Shown in pieces: positions 18,623 through 28,244 of a stretch of DNA of 64,000 bases. The notes under the pieces are model-generated. The model searched no databases and was not told the origin of the DNA. It was given only the letters and a program-made list of their open reading frames with translations. This stretch comes from a bacterium. Its GTDB lineage: Bacteria; Chloroflexota; Dehalococcoidia; Tepidiformales; Tepidiformaceae. The stretch lies in contig QEVS01000003.1 in assembly GCA_003577245.1 (NCBI GenBank), positions 52,300 to 116,299 of the forward strand. The letters are read 5' to 3'. The number at the start of each line of letters is the position of its first letter. Position 1 is the stretch's first letter. Both the position numbers and the translations under genes were made by a program.

Positions 18623-21070
18623 ATGCTTCTCTCGCCCTACCGCGTCCTCGACCTTGCTAATGAGCGCGGCATGCTTGGCGGCCAGGTCTTCGCCGACCTC
18701 GGCGCCGATGTCATTGCCGTGGAGCCGCCCGGTGGCTCGTCCGCACGGAACCTGGGGCCCTTCGAAGGCGACCACCGCGACCCCGAGCGCTCCTTCTGGT
18801 GGTGGTCGTACGCCCGGGGCAAGAGGAGCGTCGTCATCGATCTCGAGACCGGAGACGGCCGCGACCAGCTTCGGCGCCTGGCTGCCGGCGCCGACTTCCT
18901 CATCGAATCTGCTGCCCCCGGGTACATGGCATCGCTCGGCCTCGGCTATGAGGATCTCCAGAAGCTCAACCCTTCGCTCGTCTACGTTTCCGTGTCGCCC
19001 TTCGGGCAGGATGGCCCGAAGGCCGGCTATGCCGCCACCGACCTCATCACCCTGGCCGCCGGCGGGCCTCTCGCCGTTACCGGCGATGCCGACCGCGCAC
19101 CGCTGCGCGTGAGCGTCCCCCAGGGCTACCTCATGGCCGGTGGCGATGCCGCCGGCGGGGCCCTCGTGGCCCACTTCGAAAGACTCCAGACCGGCCGCGG
19201 CCAGCACGTTGACATCTCGGCCCAGGTCTCAACCGCGCAGGCCACCATGTCCTACGTGCTCGCTCCCGCCATTGGCGAAACCGATGCGCGCCGCATGGGG
19301 GGCGGTCTCAAGGTTGGCCCGCTCAACATCCGCCTCCTCTGGCCGGCGAAGGATGGCCACGTCTCCATCTCCTTCCTCTTTGGCAGCGCCGTTGGCCCCT
19401 TCACCCGCCGCTTCATGGAGTGGGTCTACGAAGAGGGCTTCTGCGACGAGGCGACCCGCGACAAGGACTGGATGAACTACACGATGCTGCTTCTCGGCGG
19501 GAAGGAGCCCATCAGCGAGTACGAGCGCATCAAGCTCGTCATCGAGGAGTTCACGAAGTCGAAAACCAAGGCGGAGCTCGTCGATGTGGCGATGAAGCGC
19601 CGCCTGCTCATCGCCCCCGCGAGCGACGTCCGGGACGTGGTCGAAAGCGAGCAGCTTGCCAGCCGCGACTACTGGCAGACTTTGGCCCACCCTCGTACAG
19701 GCGCTGCCATCAAGGCGCCCGGAGCATGGGCGAAATTCGGAGTCACTCCCCTGCAACTCGGCCGCCGCGCGCCCCGCCTGGGTGAGCATTCCGCGGAGGT
19801 GCTTTCGGAACCGCCACGAACACCTGCCGTGGCACTGGCGCCCGGCGCCACCACGGGGGACCCAAGGCCGCTCGAAGGCCTGAAGATCGTCGACCTCATG
19901 TGGGTTGTGGCCGGCCCCATCGTCACCCGCGCCTTCGTCGACTTTGGCGCCACCGTTGTGCGAATCGAGTCCACCACCCGCATCGATACCGGTCGCACCA
20001 TCCAGCCTTTCCACAATGGGACCCCGGGACCCGAAAACTCCGCTCTCTACCAGAACATGAACGCCGGGAAGCTGGGAATGACGCTCGACCTCGGCAAGCC
20101 CGAGGGGCGCGACGTGTTCCTTGACCTGGTTCGCTGGGCCGATATCGTCTGCGAGTCGTTCACGCCAAAGGCCATGCGCGCCTGGGGTCTCCACTACGAA
20201 GCGCTGCGCGAGGTCAACCCGGGAATCATCATGTTCAGCAGCTGCCTCATGGGGCAGACCGGCCCCATCAGCTCGTTCGCCGGCTACGGCAACCTCGCCG
20301 CCGCGTACGCCGGGTTCTTCGATGTCACGGGCTGGCCCGACCGCGCACCGGCCGGACCGTTCTCTGCCTACACGGACTTCGTTTCCCCCCGGTTCGCGCT
20401 CCCGTCGCTGCTTGCTGCGCTTGACCACCGTCGCCGGACGGGCCAGGGCCAGCACATCGACTTCGCCCAGGCCGAAGCCTCTGAGCACTTCCTGGCCCCG
20501 GCCATCCTCGATTACTCGGTCAACGGGCGCGTCTTCCGCGGCATCGGCAACGATGACCTGGACATGGCGCCCCACGGCGTCTACCCGGCCGCCGGCGAAG
20601 ACCGCTGGGTGGCAATCGCCGTCTCCACCGGCGGCCAGTGGCGGGCGCTTTGTGCCACCATGGGCCGCGACGACCTTGCCGCCGATGCCTCGCTCGCTTC
20701 CGCCGAAGGCCGCCTCACCCGCCGCCGCGAACTCGATGACGCCATCTCCGCCTGGACGAGCGCCCGCGACATGGCTGATTGCGAACAGCTTCTGCAGTCC
20801 CGCGGCGTGCCCGCCCACGCTGTCCAGAACGGGGCCGAATGCTATGCAGACCCGCAGCTCCACCACCGCGGGCACTACATCCCCCTCTCCCACCCGGTGC
20901 ACGGCTCCACCATGGTCGAAGGGCCTCGCTTCCGCCTTTCGCGCTCCCCTGCGCGCGTCACGCGGGCCGGCCCCACCTTCGGGGCGGACAACGAAACGGT
21001 ACTGCGCGAAATCCTGGGCTACGACGACGAACGCATCGCCCTGCTCGCAGGTGCGGGCGCGCTCGAATAG
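18623..21070 (+). CDS. tandem-fused family III (CaiB/BaiF) CoA-transferase, two full domains
   Basis: Two N-terminal Rossmann signatures are present: YRVLDLANERGMLGGQVFADLGADVIAVE, and again LKIVDLMWVVAGPIVTRAFVDFGATVVRIE about 400 aa later. Confidence 0.85.
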   Translation: MLLSPYRVLDLANERGMLGGQVFADLGADVIAVEPPGGSSARNLGPFEGDHRDPERSFWWWSYARGKRSVVIDLETGDGRDQLRRLAAGADFLIESAAPGYMASLGLGYEDLQKLNPSLVYVSVSPFGQDGPKAGYAATDLITLAAGGPLAVTGDADRAPLRVSVPQGYLMAGGDAAGGALVAHFERLQTGRGQHVDISAQVSTAQATMSYVLAPAIGETDARRMGGGLKVGPLNIRLLWPAKDGHVSISFLFGSAVGPFTRRFMEWVYEEGFCDEATRDKDWMNYTMLLLGGKEPISEYERIKLVIEEFTKSKTKAELVDVAMKRRLLIAPASDVRDVVESEQLASRDYWQTLAHPRTGAAIKAPGAWAKFGVTPLQLGRRAPRLGEHSAEVLSEPPRTPAVALAPGATTGDPRPLEGLKIVDLMWVVAGPIVTRAFVDFGATVVRIESTTRIDTGRTIQPFHNGTPGPENSALYQNMNAGKLGMTLDLGKPEGRDVFLDLVRWADIVCESFTPKAMRAWGLHYEALREVNPGIIMFSSCLMGQTGPISSFAGYGNLAAAYAGFFDVTGWPDRAPAGPFSAYTDFVSPRFALPSLLAALDHRRRTGQGQHIDFAQAEASEHFLAPAILDYSVNGRVFRGIGNDDLDMAPHGVYPAAGEDRWVAIAVSTGGQWRALCATMGRDDLAADASLASAEGRLTRRRELDDAISAWTSARDMADCEQLLQSRGVPAHAVQNGAECYADPQLHHRGHYIPLSHPVHGSTMVEGPRFRLSRSPARVTRAGPTFGADNETVLREILGYDDERIALLAGAGALE

Positions 21071-21073
21071 GGC

Positions 21074-21898
21074 TTAACGACCCTTGAAGGTCGCCTCCCG
21101 CTTTTCGAAGAACGCCTGCTGGGCCTCGCGACCGTCCTCGCTCCCCAGCGACTTCATGATGTTGGAGATTTCCAGGCGCAGGTGGGCTTCGAGGTCTATG
21201 GCCGTGGTGGCCTTCACCACATCGCGCTTCGTCAGCCGCGCCGTCACCGGCGAAACCTTCGCCAGCCGGGCGCAGTACTCGGCCAGGCGCGCTTCAAAGC
21301 GTTCGTCTTCCACCACCTCGCCCACCAGCCCCAGCCGCAGCGCCTCGTCCGCATCCACGGAGCGGTTCTCGAGCAGGAAGCGCATCGCCTGCTCGTAGCC
21401 GATGGCCTGCGGCAGCGTGAAGCTCATGCCCCCGTCGGGCGATCCGCCAATCCGCGGGTACCCCGCCATGATGCGCGCGCTCTTCGCCATCAGCCTGATG
21501 TCGCATGCAAGCGCCAACGAAAGCCCGCCTCCCACAGCCACGCCGTTGATGCCGCCCACGATCGGCTTGTCGCACTTCTGGCGCAGGACGGTGAGGAAAC
21601 GGCTGATCCAGGTGAGGTCGTCGAGGAAGAGGCTCTGGTCCGAAAGCGGCGAGTGGTTCTTTCGCTCCGACAGCACCGTGCCGCCGCGGAGATTCTGCTT
21701 CAGGTCAAGCCCGGCGCAGAAGGCCCGCCCCGCGCCAGTGATGGCGATCACCCAGACCGAGTCGTCGTTGACCGCCTCCTCCACCGCCCCCACAAGACCC
21801 CACGCCAGTTCGTCCGAAAGAGCGTTCAGCGCCTCCGGCCGGTTCAAAACGATGGTTCGAACACGCCCGGCGTTGCGCATCTCCAGCACGTCACTCAT
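21074..21898 (-). CDS. enoyl-CoA hydratase/isomerase (crotonase) family protein
   Basis: VRTIVLNRPEALNAL and TGAGRAFCAGLDL. Start at ATG 21898 (MSDVLEM). Confidence 0.85.
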   Translation of the reverse strand: MSDVLEMRNAGRVRTIVLNRPEALNALSDELAWGLVGAVEEAVNDDSVWVIAITGAGRAFCAGLDLKQNLRGGTVLSERKNHSPLSDQSLFLDDLTWISRFLTVLRQKCDKPIVGGINGVAVGGGLSLALACDIRLMAKSARIMAGYPRIGGSPDGGMSFTLPQAIGYEQAMRFLLENRSVDADEALRLGLVGEVVEDERFEARLAEYCARLAKVSPVTARLTKRDVVKATTAIDLEAHLRLEISNIMKSLGSEDGREAQQAFFEKREATFKGR

Positions 21899-21950
21899 GG
21901 CGACCTCCCCTGCGCGGCTGCGCACACCCGAGTATAGGGACCGCGCCGCC

Positions 21951-22670
21951 TTACTGCTTCACCTGGAAGTCGCGCAGGCTGCAGTCGTTGAGCTTCCCAT
22001 CCGAAAGGAAGCTGGAGTGTGCCCAGCCCTCCACGGGCGAGCTGACGCGGTACCAGCCCGTCCCCTGCTTTTCGCCTGAGGCCGGCGCAGTCAGCACAAA
22101 CTCCTCGGCCCGCACCCGTGTCGTGTCCTTCAACAGGGTGATAATCGGTGAATCGGCGCCGGGCGCCCGCCGCACGTTCAGCCCGTCCCCGTCAGCGCAA
22201 ACCGCCATGTCTGCGGGCAGGTTCCAAACGTGGTAGCTCTGATTCTGCGTGGGGAACCAGAGGTCCCACGCGCCGGCGCCATTGCGCCCGTAGATGGCCA
22301 CGAATCCCCCGTTCCCCGAGGCGGCTGAAACTCCGATCGCGAGTACCCCGCGCTCTGCCGAGGCTGCCGGCGAGGACAGCCAGGCGCACGGCTGCCCCCT
22401 GGGATTGTCCCGGCTGCACGGCTCCGTTGCGGGCCGGATGATCGCGTTGTACTTCATGGCCGCGGCCGCAAGCGCGGCGTCTGCGGCCGTTGCAGGCGGG
22501 TGCGTAGGGGTTGGCGCCGCTGTCGCCGATGATGCCGCGGTTGCCGCAAGCGTTGGCGATGAGGCCGTGGCTCCAGTGGTGGGCGTGGGGTCGCCGCCGT
22601 CGTCTCCGCCGCAGGCCGCCGCCAGCAGGGCAAAGGTCGCAAGCAGACCTGGCGCAACAAGGCGCATCAT
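21951..22670 (-). CDS. lipoprotein with a C-terminal bacterial SH3 domain
   Basis: Lipobox LLAAAC after MMRLVAPGLLATFA. C-terminal GLNVRRAPGADSPIITLLKDTTRV...GWYRV...GWAHSSFL resembles SH3_3. Confidence 0.6.
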   Translation of the reverse strand: MMRLVAPGLLATFALLAAACGGDDGGDPTPTTGATASSPTLAATAASSATAAPTPTHPPATAADAALAAAAMKYNAIIRPATEPCSRDNPRGQPCAWLSSPAASAERGVLAIGVSAASGNGGFVAIYGRNGAGAWDLWFPTQNQSYHVWNLPADMAVCADGDGLNVRRAPGADSPIITLLKDTTRVRAEEFVLTAPASGEKQGTGWYRVSSPVEGWAHSSFLSDGKLNDCSLRDFQVKQ

Positions 22671-22788
22671 GTTCCGCCCTCCCGGTGGAGCACCACCGCC
22701 GGGCGTAGCATAGCCCCTCAACGGGCCGTTGTATGCGCTATTCGCCCCGTTCCTGGTCGCGGCCCCGGCGGCTCCTCAGATTCGCTGG

Positions 22789-23781
22789 TCAGTTGTAGCG
22801 CCCGCCGCTGATCCTCTCCAGCTTGCGCCAGTGGTGCTCTGTCTGGATTCGCCTGATTGTGCCCGTCCGCCCGCGCATCACGAGCGATTCGCTCGTGGCT
22901 CCCCCGGAAACGTAGTCAACTCCCTTCAACAGGTCGCCCGTCGTTATCCCCGAGGCGGCGAAGAACACATCGTCGCTCGATACCAGGTCGTCGAGGGCCA
23001 GTACCCGGTCCAGGTCGATCCCCCGTTCCGAGGCCAGCCGGCGGTCGTCGTCGTGGCGCGGCCAGAGCCGCCCCTGCATGTCGCCCTCCAGCGACTTGAT
23101 GGCGCAGGCCGAAACAACGCCTTCGGGCGAACCTCCGATCCCCAGCAGCATGTCGACGCCCGTCCCGGCCATCGCCGCCATGATCGCCCCCGCCACGTCA
23201 CCATCGGTGATGAAGCGGATGCGGGCCTGGGTCTCGCGAATCGCGTCCACGATTTCGGTGTTCCGGTCGCGGTCGAGCACCACCACCGTGACTTCGTTCA
23301 CGGCGATGCCCTTCGCGCGCGCAACCTGCTCGATGTTCCAGCCGACAGGGGCAGAGATGTCGATCATCCCCCTCGCCTCGGGGCCGACCGCGATCTTGTC
23401 CATGTAGAAAATGTCGCGCGGATTGAACATCGTCCCCCGCGGCGCCACGGCAACTACGCTCAGCGCGTTCGGCCGCCCAAGGGAGAGCAGGCGCGTCCCA
23501 TCGATTGGGTCCACCGCCACATCTACCTGCGGCCCCCGCCCGTTGCCGACGCGCTCTCCGTTGTAGAGCATCGGAGCCTCGTCCTTCTCCCCCTCCCCGA
23601 TGACGATAATCCCGTCCATGTCGACGGTGTCGAGCATCATGCGCATGGCATCGACAGCCGCGCCGTCCGCGGAGTTCTTGTTGCCGCGGCCCATCCAGCG
23701 CGCGGCGGCCAGTGCCGCCGCCTCCGTGGTCCGCACCAGTTCCATGGCGATGTTCCGGTCCGGTACCTGCTCGTTCCTCAT
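22789..23781 (-). CDS. glpX: class II fructose-1,6-bisphosphatase
   Basis: Full-length match to the GlpX pattern (MELVRTTEAAALAAARWMGRG, DPIDGT, GIGGSPEGV). Confidence 0.9.
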   Translation of the reverse strand: MRNEQVPDRNIAMELVRTTEAAALAAARWMGRGNKNSADGAAVDAMRMMLDTVDMDGIIVIGEGEKDEAPMLYNGERVGNGRGPQVDVAVDPIDGTRLLSLGRPNALSVVAVAPRGTMFNPRDIFYMDKIAVGPEARGMIDISAPVGWNIEQVARAKGIAVNEVTVVVLDRDRNTEIVDAIRETQARIRFITDGDVAGAIMAAMAGTGVDMLLGIGGSPEGVVSACAIKSLEGDMQGRLWPRHDDDRRLASERGIDLDRVLALDDLVSSDDVFFAASGITTGDLLKGVDYVSGGATSESLVMRGRTGTIRRIQTEHHWRKLERISGGRYN

Positions 23782-23829
23782 GACATGCTCCGTTCCATTG
23801 AGTAGGGTTCCTCCCGGCGGCCCGGCCGC

Positions 23830-24387
23830 TCAGGGGTTGATGCCGAGCTGGCCTGCAACCGGCTTCAGCGCCTCGGCTACGAACCGGATGTGCTGGTCAA
23901 GCTCGACCCCCAGGTCGGCGGCCCCCTTAACCAGGTCGTCGCGGTTCACGGCACGCGCAAAGGCCTTGTCCTTCATCTTCTTCCGCACGGAACCCGGCTC
24001 AATTGAAGAGAGCGAACGGTCCGGCTTCACCAGAGTGCAGGCAATCACAAAGCCCGAGAGTTCGTCGCAGGCGTAGATGGCGCGGTCCATCTTCGACGTG
24101 TACTCCAGGCCCAGGAAGGGAGCATGGCACAGGATTGCGTACCGGATATCATCCGGCACACCCCTCGCGGCCAGGATCTTCGAGCCCTCCTTCGGATGCA
24201 GGTCCTCGTTAGGGTGGATCTCCCAGTCGAAGTCGTGGAGCAGCCCCACGATCCCCCACTTCTCTACATCCTCGTGCAACTCGCGTGCGTAGGCCTGCAT
24301 CACCGCCTCCACCGCGATGCCATGCTTGAGGGTGCGCTCCTCGCGGGCGTACTCCTGCAGGATCTTCCACGCGTCATCGCGGTTCAT
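23830..24387 (-). CDS. HD/HDIG-domain metal-dependent phosphohydrolase
   Basis: HGIAVEAVM...GLLHDFDWE HD motif. Start at ATG 24387 (MNRDDAW) inside ORF 23830..24663. Confidence 0.75.
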   Translation of the reverse strand: MNRDDAWKILQEYAREERTLKHGIAVEAVMQAYARELHEDVEKWGIVGLLHDFDWEIHPNEDLHPKEGSKILAARGVPDDIRYAILCHAPFLGLEYTSKMDRAIYACDELSGFVIACTLVKPDRSLSSIEPGSVRKKMKDKAFARAVNRDDLVKGAADLGVELDQHIRFVAEALKPVAGQLGINP

Positions 24388-24583
24388 GGCGGCTCCCGTT
24401 CCCTGTGGCAAGCGAATCGTAGCAGGTGCCGCCGGGCCGAACGAGCCATCTCGTGCCACCGCAAGCATGGCCAAACGATCCCTGGATTCAGCCTGACGGC
24501 AGCAGTCCTGCCGCGCCCCCGGCATTAGCTGATCCTGATCCGCGGGCGGGCCGGCGGCTAACGAATTGGCAAGTGATGGTCGG

Positions 24584-24589
24584 CTATAG
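24584..24589 (+). promoter_or_regulatory. -10-like hexamer TATAGT placed for a leaderless ATPase mRNA
   Basis: TATAGT ends 7 nt before ATG 24597. There is no SD in between and no convincing -35. Confidence 0.25.
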
Positions 24590-24596
24590 TCGAAAG

Positions 24597-27239
24597 ATGC
24601 CACCCGTGGCCTCATCCCCTCCGTTCCCCGGCCGGGAGCGCAACGGCGCGCTCGGAGAGTCACCGCTGGCCGAGCTTGTCGTCAACCTCGGCGCGGACCC
24701 TGAGATGGGCCTCACCGCATCTGAAGCGGCACAACGGCTCCGTCGTTTCGGCCCGAACGAACCGGCTCCCATCACCCGTCCGGGGTGGTACACCGTTCTC
24801 CTTCGCCAGTTCATCAACAGGCTTATCCTGCTGCTCATCTTCGCCACGGCGGTTTCGCTGGTGCTCGGCGAATCGCTCAACGCCCTGGCCATTGGTATCA
24901 CCGTCATCGTCTCTGGCGGCTTTGGCTTCATCAACGAATTCCGCTCCGAACGCGCCATCGCCGCGCTGCAGGCGCTCACCGCCCTCCGCGCCGAGGTGGT
25001 CCGCGGCGGCCTGCACGAAGAGATCGCCGCCTCGGAAATCGTCCCCGGCGACGTCATTGCCGTCGCCGAAGGCCGCGCCGTTCCGGCCGATGCCCGCCTC
25101 ATTGAGGCGCGGGGGCTCTTCGTCAACGAGTCCATCCTCACCGGCGAGCCCATCGCCGTCCTGAAGACCGAAGAACCGCACACCGATGTCGAGAGCGCAA
25201 CCCCGGCGACAGCGCTATACGCGGGCACCACGGTCGTGGCGGGAAGCGGACTGGCGCTGGTCGTCGCCACTGGCAGCGCTACCTCCCTCGGTTCCATCTT
25301 CACCGCCATGCGGGACGTTCGCCGCCGCTCGACGCCGCTGGAAGACCGGCTCGAGAGCCTGGGCAACCGGCTTATCCTTGCTTTCCTGGCGATGTGCCTT
25401 GCAATCGTCGTGGTAGGACTCCTCCAGGGACGCGACCTGCGCGTCATCATCGAGATGGCGGTTGCGCTCGCCGTTGGGGCCATCCCCGAAGGGCTCCCCG
25501 CAGTCGCGACCACCACGCTCGCAGTCGCCGTCCGGCGCCTTGCTGGCCGCAAGGTGCTCGTCCGGCGGCTCGATGCCGTCGAAACCCTCGGCTCCACCAC
25601 CGTCATCGCCACCGACAAGACGGGCACGCTCACGGAGAACAGGATGGTCATCCGCCAGGTTCTCCTCGCCGATGGCCGCGCTCTCGGTGTTGGCGTCACC
25701 GCCAGTGGCGCCCGGATCGCGACCGGCGTGGTCCGCGGCGACGGCGAACCGCCTTCCCGGGAAGAACAGGCCTCCGTTGAGCGCCTTCTCGTGGTTGCCG
25801 CGCTCTGCAGCGACGCCGTCGTCGAGCACGACGACGACCGCGGCTGGCATGCCCACGGCGACCCCTCCGAGGCCGCCATCGCCATCGCCGCCGCCGGGCT
25901 CGGCAATCACACGGCCGTTCTCGAGGCCAGCTTTCCCCGCACGCACACCCGGCCCTTCACATCGGCCACACGCTACATGCAGACTCGCCACCAGGACGGC
26001 GCCGGCGAATCGTTCGTCGCTATCAAGGGCGCCTTCGAGCAGGTCCGCGCGCTCACGGGCGGCGAAAACCCCCACCTCGACACCGCCGTGCAAGACCTGG
26101 CCGGGGCCGGTTACCGGGTGCTCGCCGTTGCCGAGGGCGCGGGTGACGCCGGCCCCGCGCTCCTGGGTGCAATCGTGCTTGAGGATCCCCTCCGCCCGGA
26201 TGCCGCCGCCGCCGTGGCTGCCTGCCGCGAAGCCGGCATCCGCGTCATGTTGATCACTGGAGACCAGTTGCAGACAGCGGCCAACGTAGCCACGCAGACG
26301 GGCATCCTCTCACCCGAAGGTCTCGCGCTTACCGGGTCCGGCGCGGCTGGTGCTCAACTCGCCCGCGCCGATGTCGTCGCCCGCGCCACCCACGATACGA
26401 AGGAGGCGATCGTTGCTGCGCTCCAGGACGGCGGCGAGGTGGTCGCCATGACGGGCGACGGCGTGAATGACGCTCCCGCTCTGCGCGCCGCCGACGTCGG
26501 TGTTGCTGTCGGGCCGGGCGCAACGGATGTCGCCATGGAGGCGGCCGACGTGGTACTCGCCGATGGGAGGCTCATGTCGCTCGTGGAGGGCATCAAGGAA
26601 GGACGCCTGATCGCCCGGAACCTCCGCCAGGCCATCATCTACCTGCTCACGGCCAGCTTCGGCACCATCTTCCTGATCACCCTCGCCATGGCGGCCGAAG
26701 ACGACCTTGCCCTCGGGCCGCTCCAGATCCTCTGGTTGAACCTCGTGGTTCACATCTTCCCGGCTCTTGCCCTTTCCACGGGCCGGGAGGCCGGTCCGGG
26801 ACCCACGGCGCCAACCACGGAGCTCTTTGCCCGCACGACATGGGCGGAGATAGGCGTGCGCGCGCTCGCCGTCGCTGCTTCCGGCCTGGTGGCGCTCGTG
26901 CTCACCGCCCGCACCGGCGAGACACCAGGGCAGGCCCAGGCCGTGGTCTTCACCGCCCTCGCCCTCGGCCTTGTGGGCCAGGCCTTCTTCATCGACGTCC
27001 GGTCGCTCACAGCATTCCGGAGGCGCGTGATGCGCCCGGGTCTCTGGCTCGGGGCTGCCATCTCTGTGTCGCTGATGCTCATGGCGCTCCAATGGCCCGG
27101 TTTCCGCGCCGCCCTGGAGCTTGATGCTATCGGCGCCCGCGAGTTTGGCCTCGCCCTGGCGTGCGCCGCGGCCTCGTGGTTCGGCGCCCAGGCCCTCCTC
27201 GCCCTTGGTCGCCGGCTGCCAGTCGTGAGCGACATCTGA
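24597..27239 (+). CDS. cation-translocating P-type ATPase (type II-like)
   Basis: N-terminal GLTASEAAQRLRRFGPNE, phosphorylation site DKTGTLTEN, hinge TGDGVNDAPAL, and multiple TM helices. ATG 24576 is an alternative start. Confidence 0.9.
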   Translation: MPPVASSPPFPGRERNGALGESPLAELVVNLGADPEMGLTASEAAQRLRRFGPNEPAPITRPGWYTVLLRQFINRLILLLIFATAVSLVLGESLNALAIGITVIVSGGFGFINEFRSERAIAALQALTALRAEVVRGGLHEEIAASEIVPGDVIAVAEGRAVPADARLIEARGLFVNESILTGEPIAVLKTEEPHTDVESATPATALYAGTTVVAGSGLALVVATGSATSLGSIFTAMRDVRRRSTPLEDRLESLGNRLILAFLAMCLAIVVVGLLQGRDLRVIIEMAVALAVGAIPEGLPAVATTTLAVAVRRLAGRKVLVRRLDAVETLGSTTVIATDKTGTLTENRMVIRQVLLADGRALGVGVTASGARIATGVVRGDGEPPSREEQASVERLLVVAALCSDAVVEHDDDRGWHAHGDPSEAAIAIAAAGLGNHTAVLEASFPRTHTRPFTSATRYMQTRHQDGAGESFVAIKGAFEQVRALTGGENPHLDTAVQDLAGAGYRVLAVAEGAGDAGPALLGAIVLEDPLRPDAAAAVAACREAGIRVMLITGDQLQTAANVATQTGILSPEGLALTGSGAAGAQLARADVVARATHDTKEAIVAALQDGGEVVAMTGDGVNDAPALRAADVGVAVGPGATDVAMEAADVVLADGRLMSLVEGIKEGRLIARNLRQAIIYLLTASFGTIFLITLAMAAEDDLALGPLQILWLNLVVHIFPALALSTGREAGPGPTAPTTELFARTTWAEIGVRALAVAASGLVALVLTARTGETPGQAQAVVFTALALGLVGQAFFIDVRSLTAFRRRVMRPGLWLGAAISVSLMLMALQWPGFRAALELDAIGAREFGLALACAAASWFGAQALLALGRRLPVVSDI

Positions 27240-27296
27240 CACCCGCATTCACCCGCGTTTCCTCTGGCCAATTGCCGCTCGCGGCCGATTCTCCAT

Positions 27297-28235
27297 GTGA
27301 TGGGTGGAGCCCGGAAGGCACTGGCGCGCGTCCCCGGGGCGGCGATTGCGCTTTTCGGCGCTACCGCGGTGCTTGGCGTCGTCGCGCTCGGCGCGGGCCA
27401 GGCAACCTCTGATGGCGTGGACCAGCCCGCACCCGGCGCCGAGTCGCAGGCCGCCGCTGATCCCACCGCCGCGGGAGCTGAGGAGTCAACCACGATCCTC
27501 GACGCCGGCGACCTCGTCCTGGGCCCGGCCGATGTGACAGCGATGCTCGAAGAAGGCGCCATCGAAGTACCCCTGCCGGGCGACCTCCCGCCCGATGATC
27601 GGCGCAAGGCGGCCAAAGACGGCCGCTTCGCCCTTCCCCTGAAGGCGTGGACCATCTTCACCGACCGCTACGGCGCCCCCCGGGGCAGAGGCTGGATTCA
27701 CGGCGGCCTCGACCTCTCCCTTGAGACCTACCCGGCCTCGGTCGTGTACGCGGCCTGCCAGGGAGTGGTTGCGACCGCGGCCTATTCGAGCTCCTACGGG
27801 AACCACGTGGTCGTCGATTGCGGGGAAGGCTGGAGCACGCTCTATGGGCACCTCAGCGCCACGCTCGTCGAAGCGCGCCAGCCCGTCACCTTCGATACCG
27901 CGCTCGGGATTTCGGGCTCGACCGGCTTCTCCACAGGAGAGCACCTCCACTTCGAGATCCGCTGGGAGGGGGCGCCGGTCAACCCCGAGGACTACCTGGA
28001 CTTCGGTATTCCCGAGGATGCCCCGCTTTCCAACGGGCCCCTCTGGTTCGGAGAGCCCGGAGCGCGTGCACGCACCACCAGTGTTCCCTCGTCCGGCGCC
28101 ACAGGTGCAGGGTCAGCCGACCCAAGGGCCGCTGTTGAACCAACCGCCACCCGGCCCCCGGCCACTGCCACGCCAACGCGCCCGGCGGCAACACCGACGC
28201 GCCCCGCTACGCCCACTCCCAAACCAGACCGTTAG
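27297..28235 (+). CDS. M23 (LytM-type) metallopeptidase with a Pro/Thr-rich tail
   Basis: GGLDL...YGNHVVVD...GSTGFSTGEHLHFEI motifs and an N-terminal signal-like segment. Confidence 0.85.
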   Translation: MMGGARKALARVPGAAIALFGATAVLGVVALGAGQATSDGVDQPAPGAESQAAADPTAAGAEESTTILDAGDLVLGPADVTAMLEEGAIEVPLPGDLPPDDRRKAAKDGRFALPLKAWTIFTDRYGAPRGRGWIHGGLDLSLETYPASVVYAACQGVVATAAYSSSYGNHVVVDCGEGWSTLYGHLSATLVEARQPVTFDTALGISGSTGFSTGEHLHFEIRWEGAPVNPEDYLDFGIPEDAPLSNGPLWFGEPGARARTTSVPSSGATGAGSADPRAAVEPTATRPPATATPTRPAATPTRPATPTPKPDR

Positions 28236-28244
28236 CGCAGGCTC

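Noticed and set aside
19229-20902. 557-aa ORF on the - strand
   Set aside because: It is antisense to the fused CoA-transferase. It is a shadow ORF.
24584-25906. 440-aa ORF on the - strand and several other long ORFs across 24426..27661
   Set aside because: They overlap the P-type ATPase, whose DKTGT and TGDGVNDAPAL motifs fix the true frame. The alternatives are Ser/Arg/Ala-rich low-complexity sequence.
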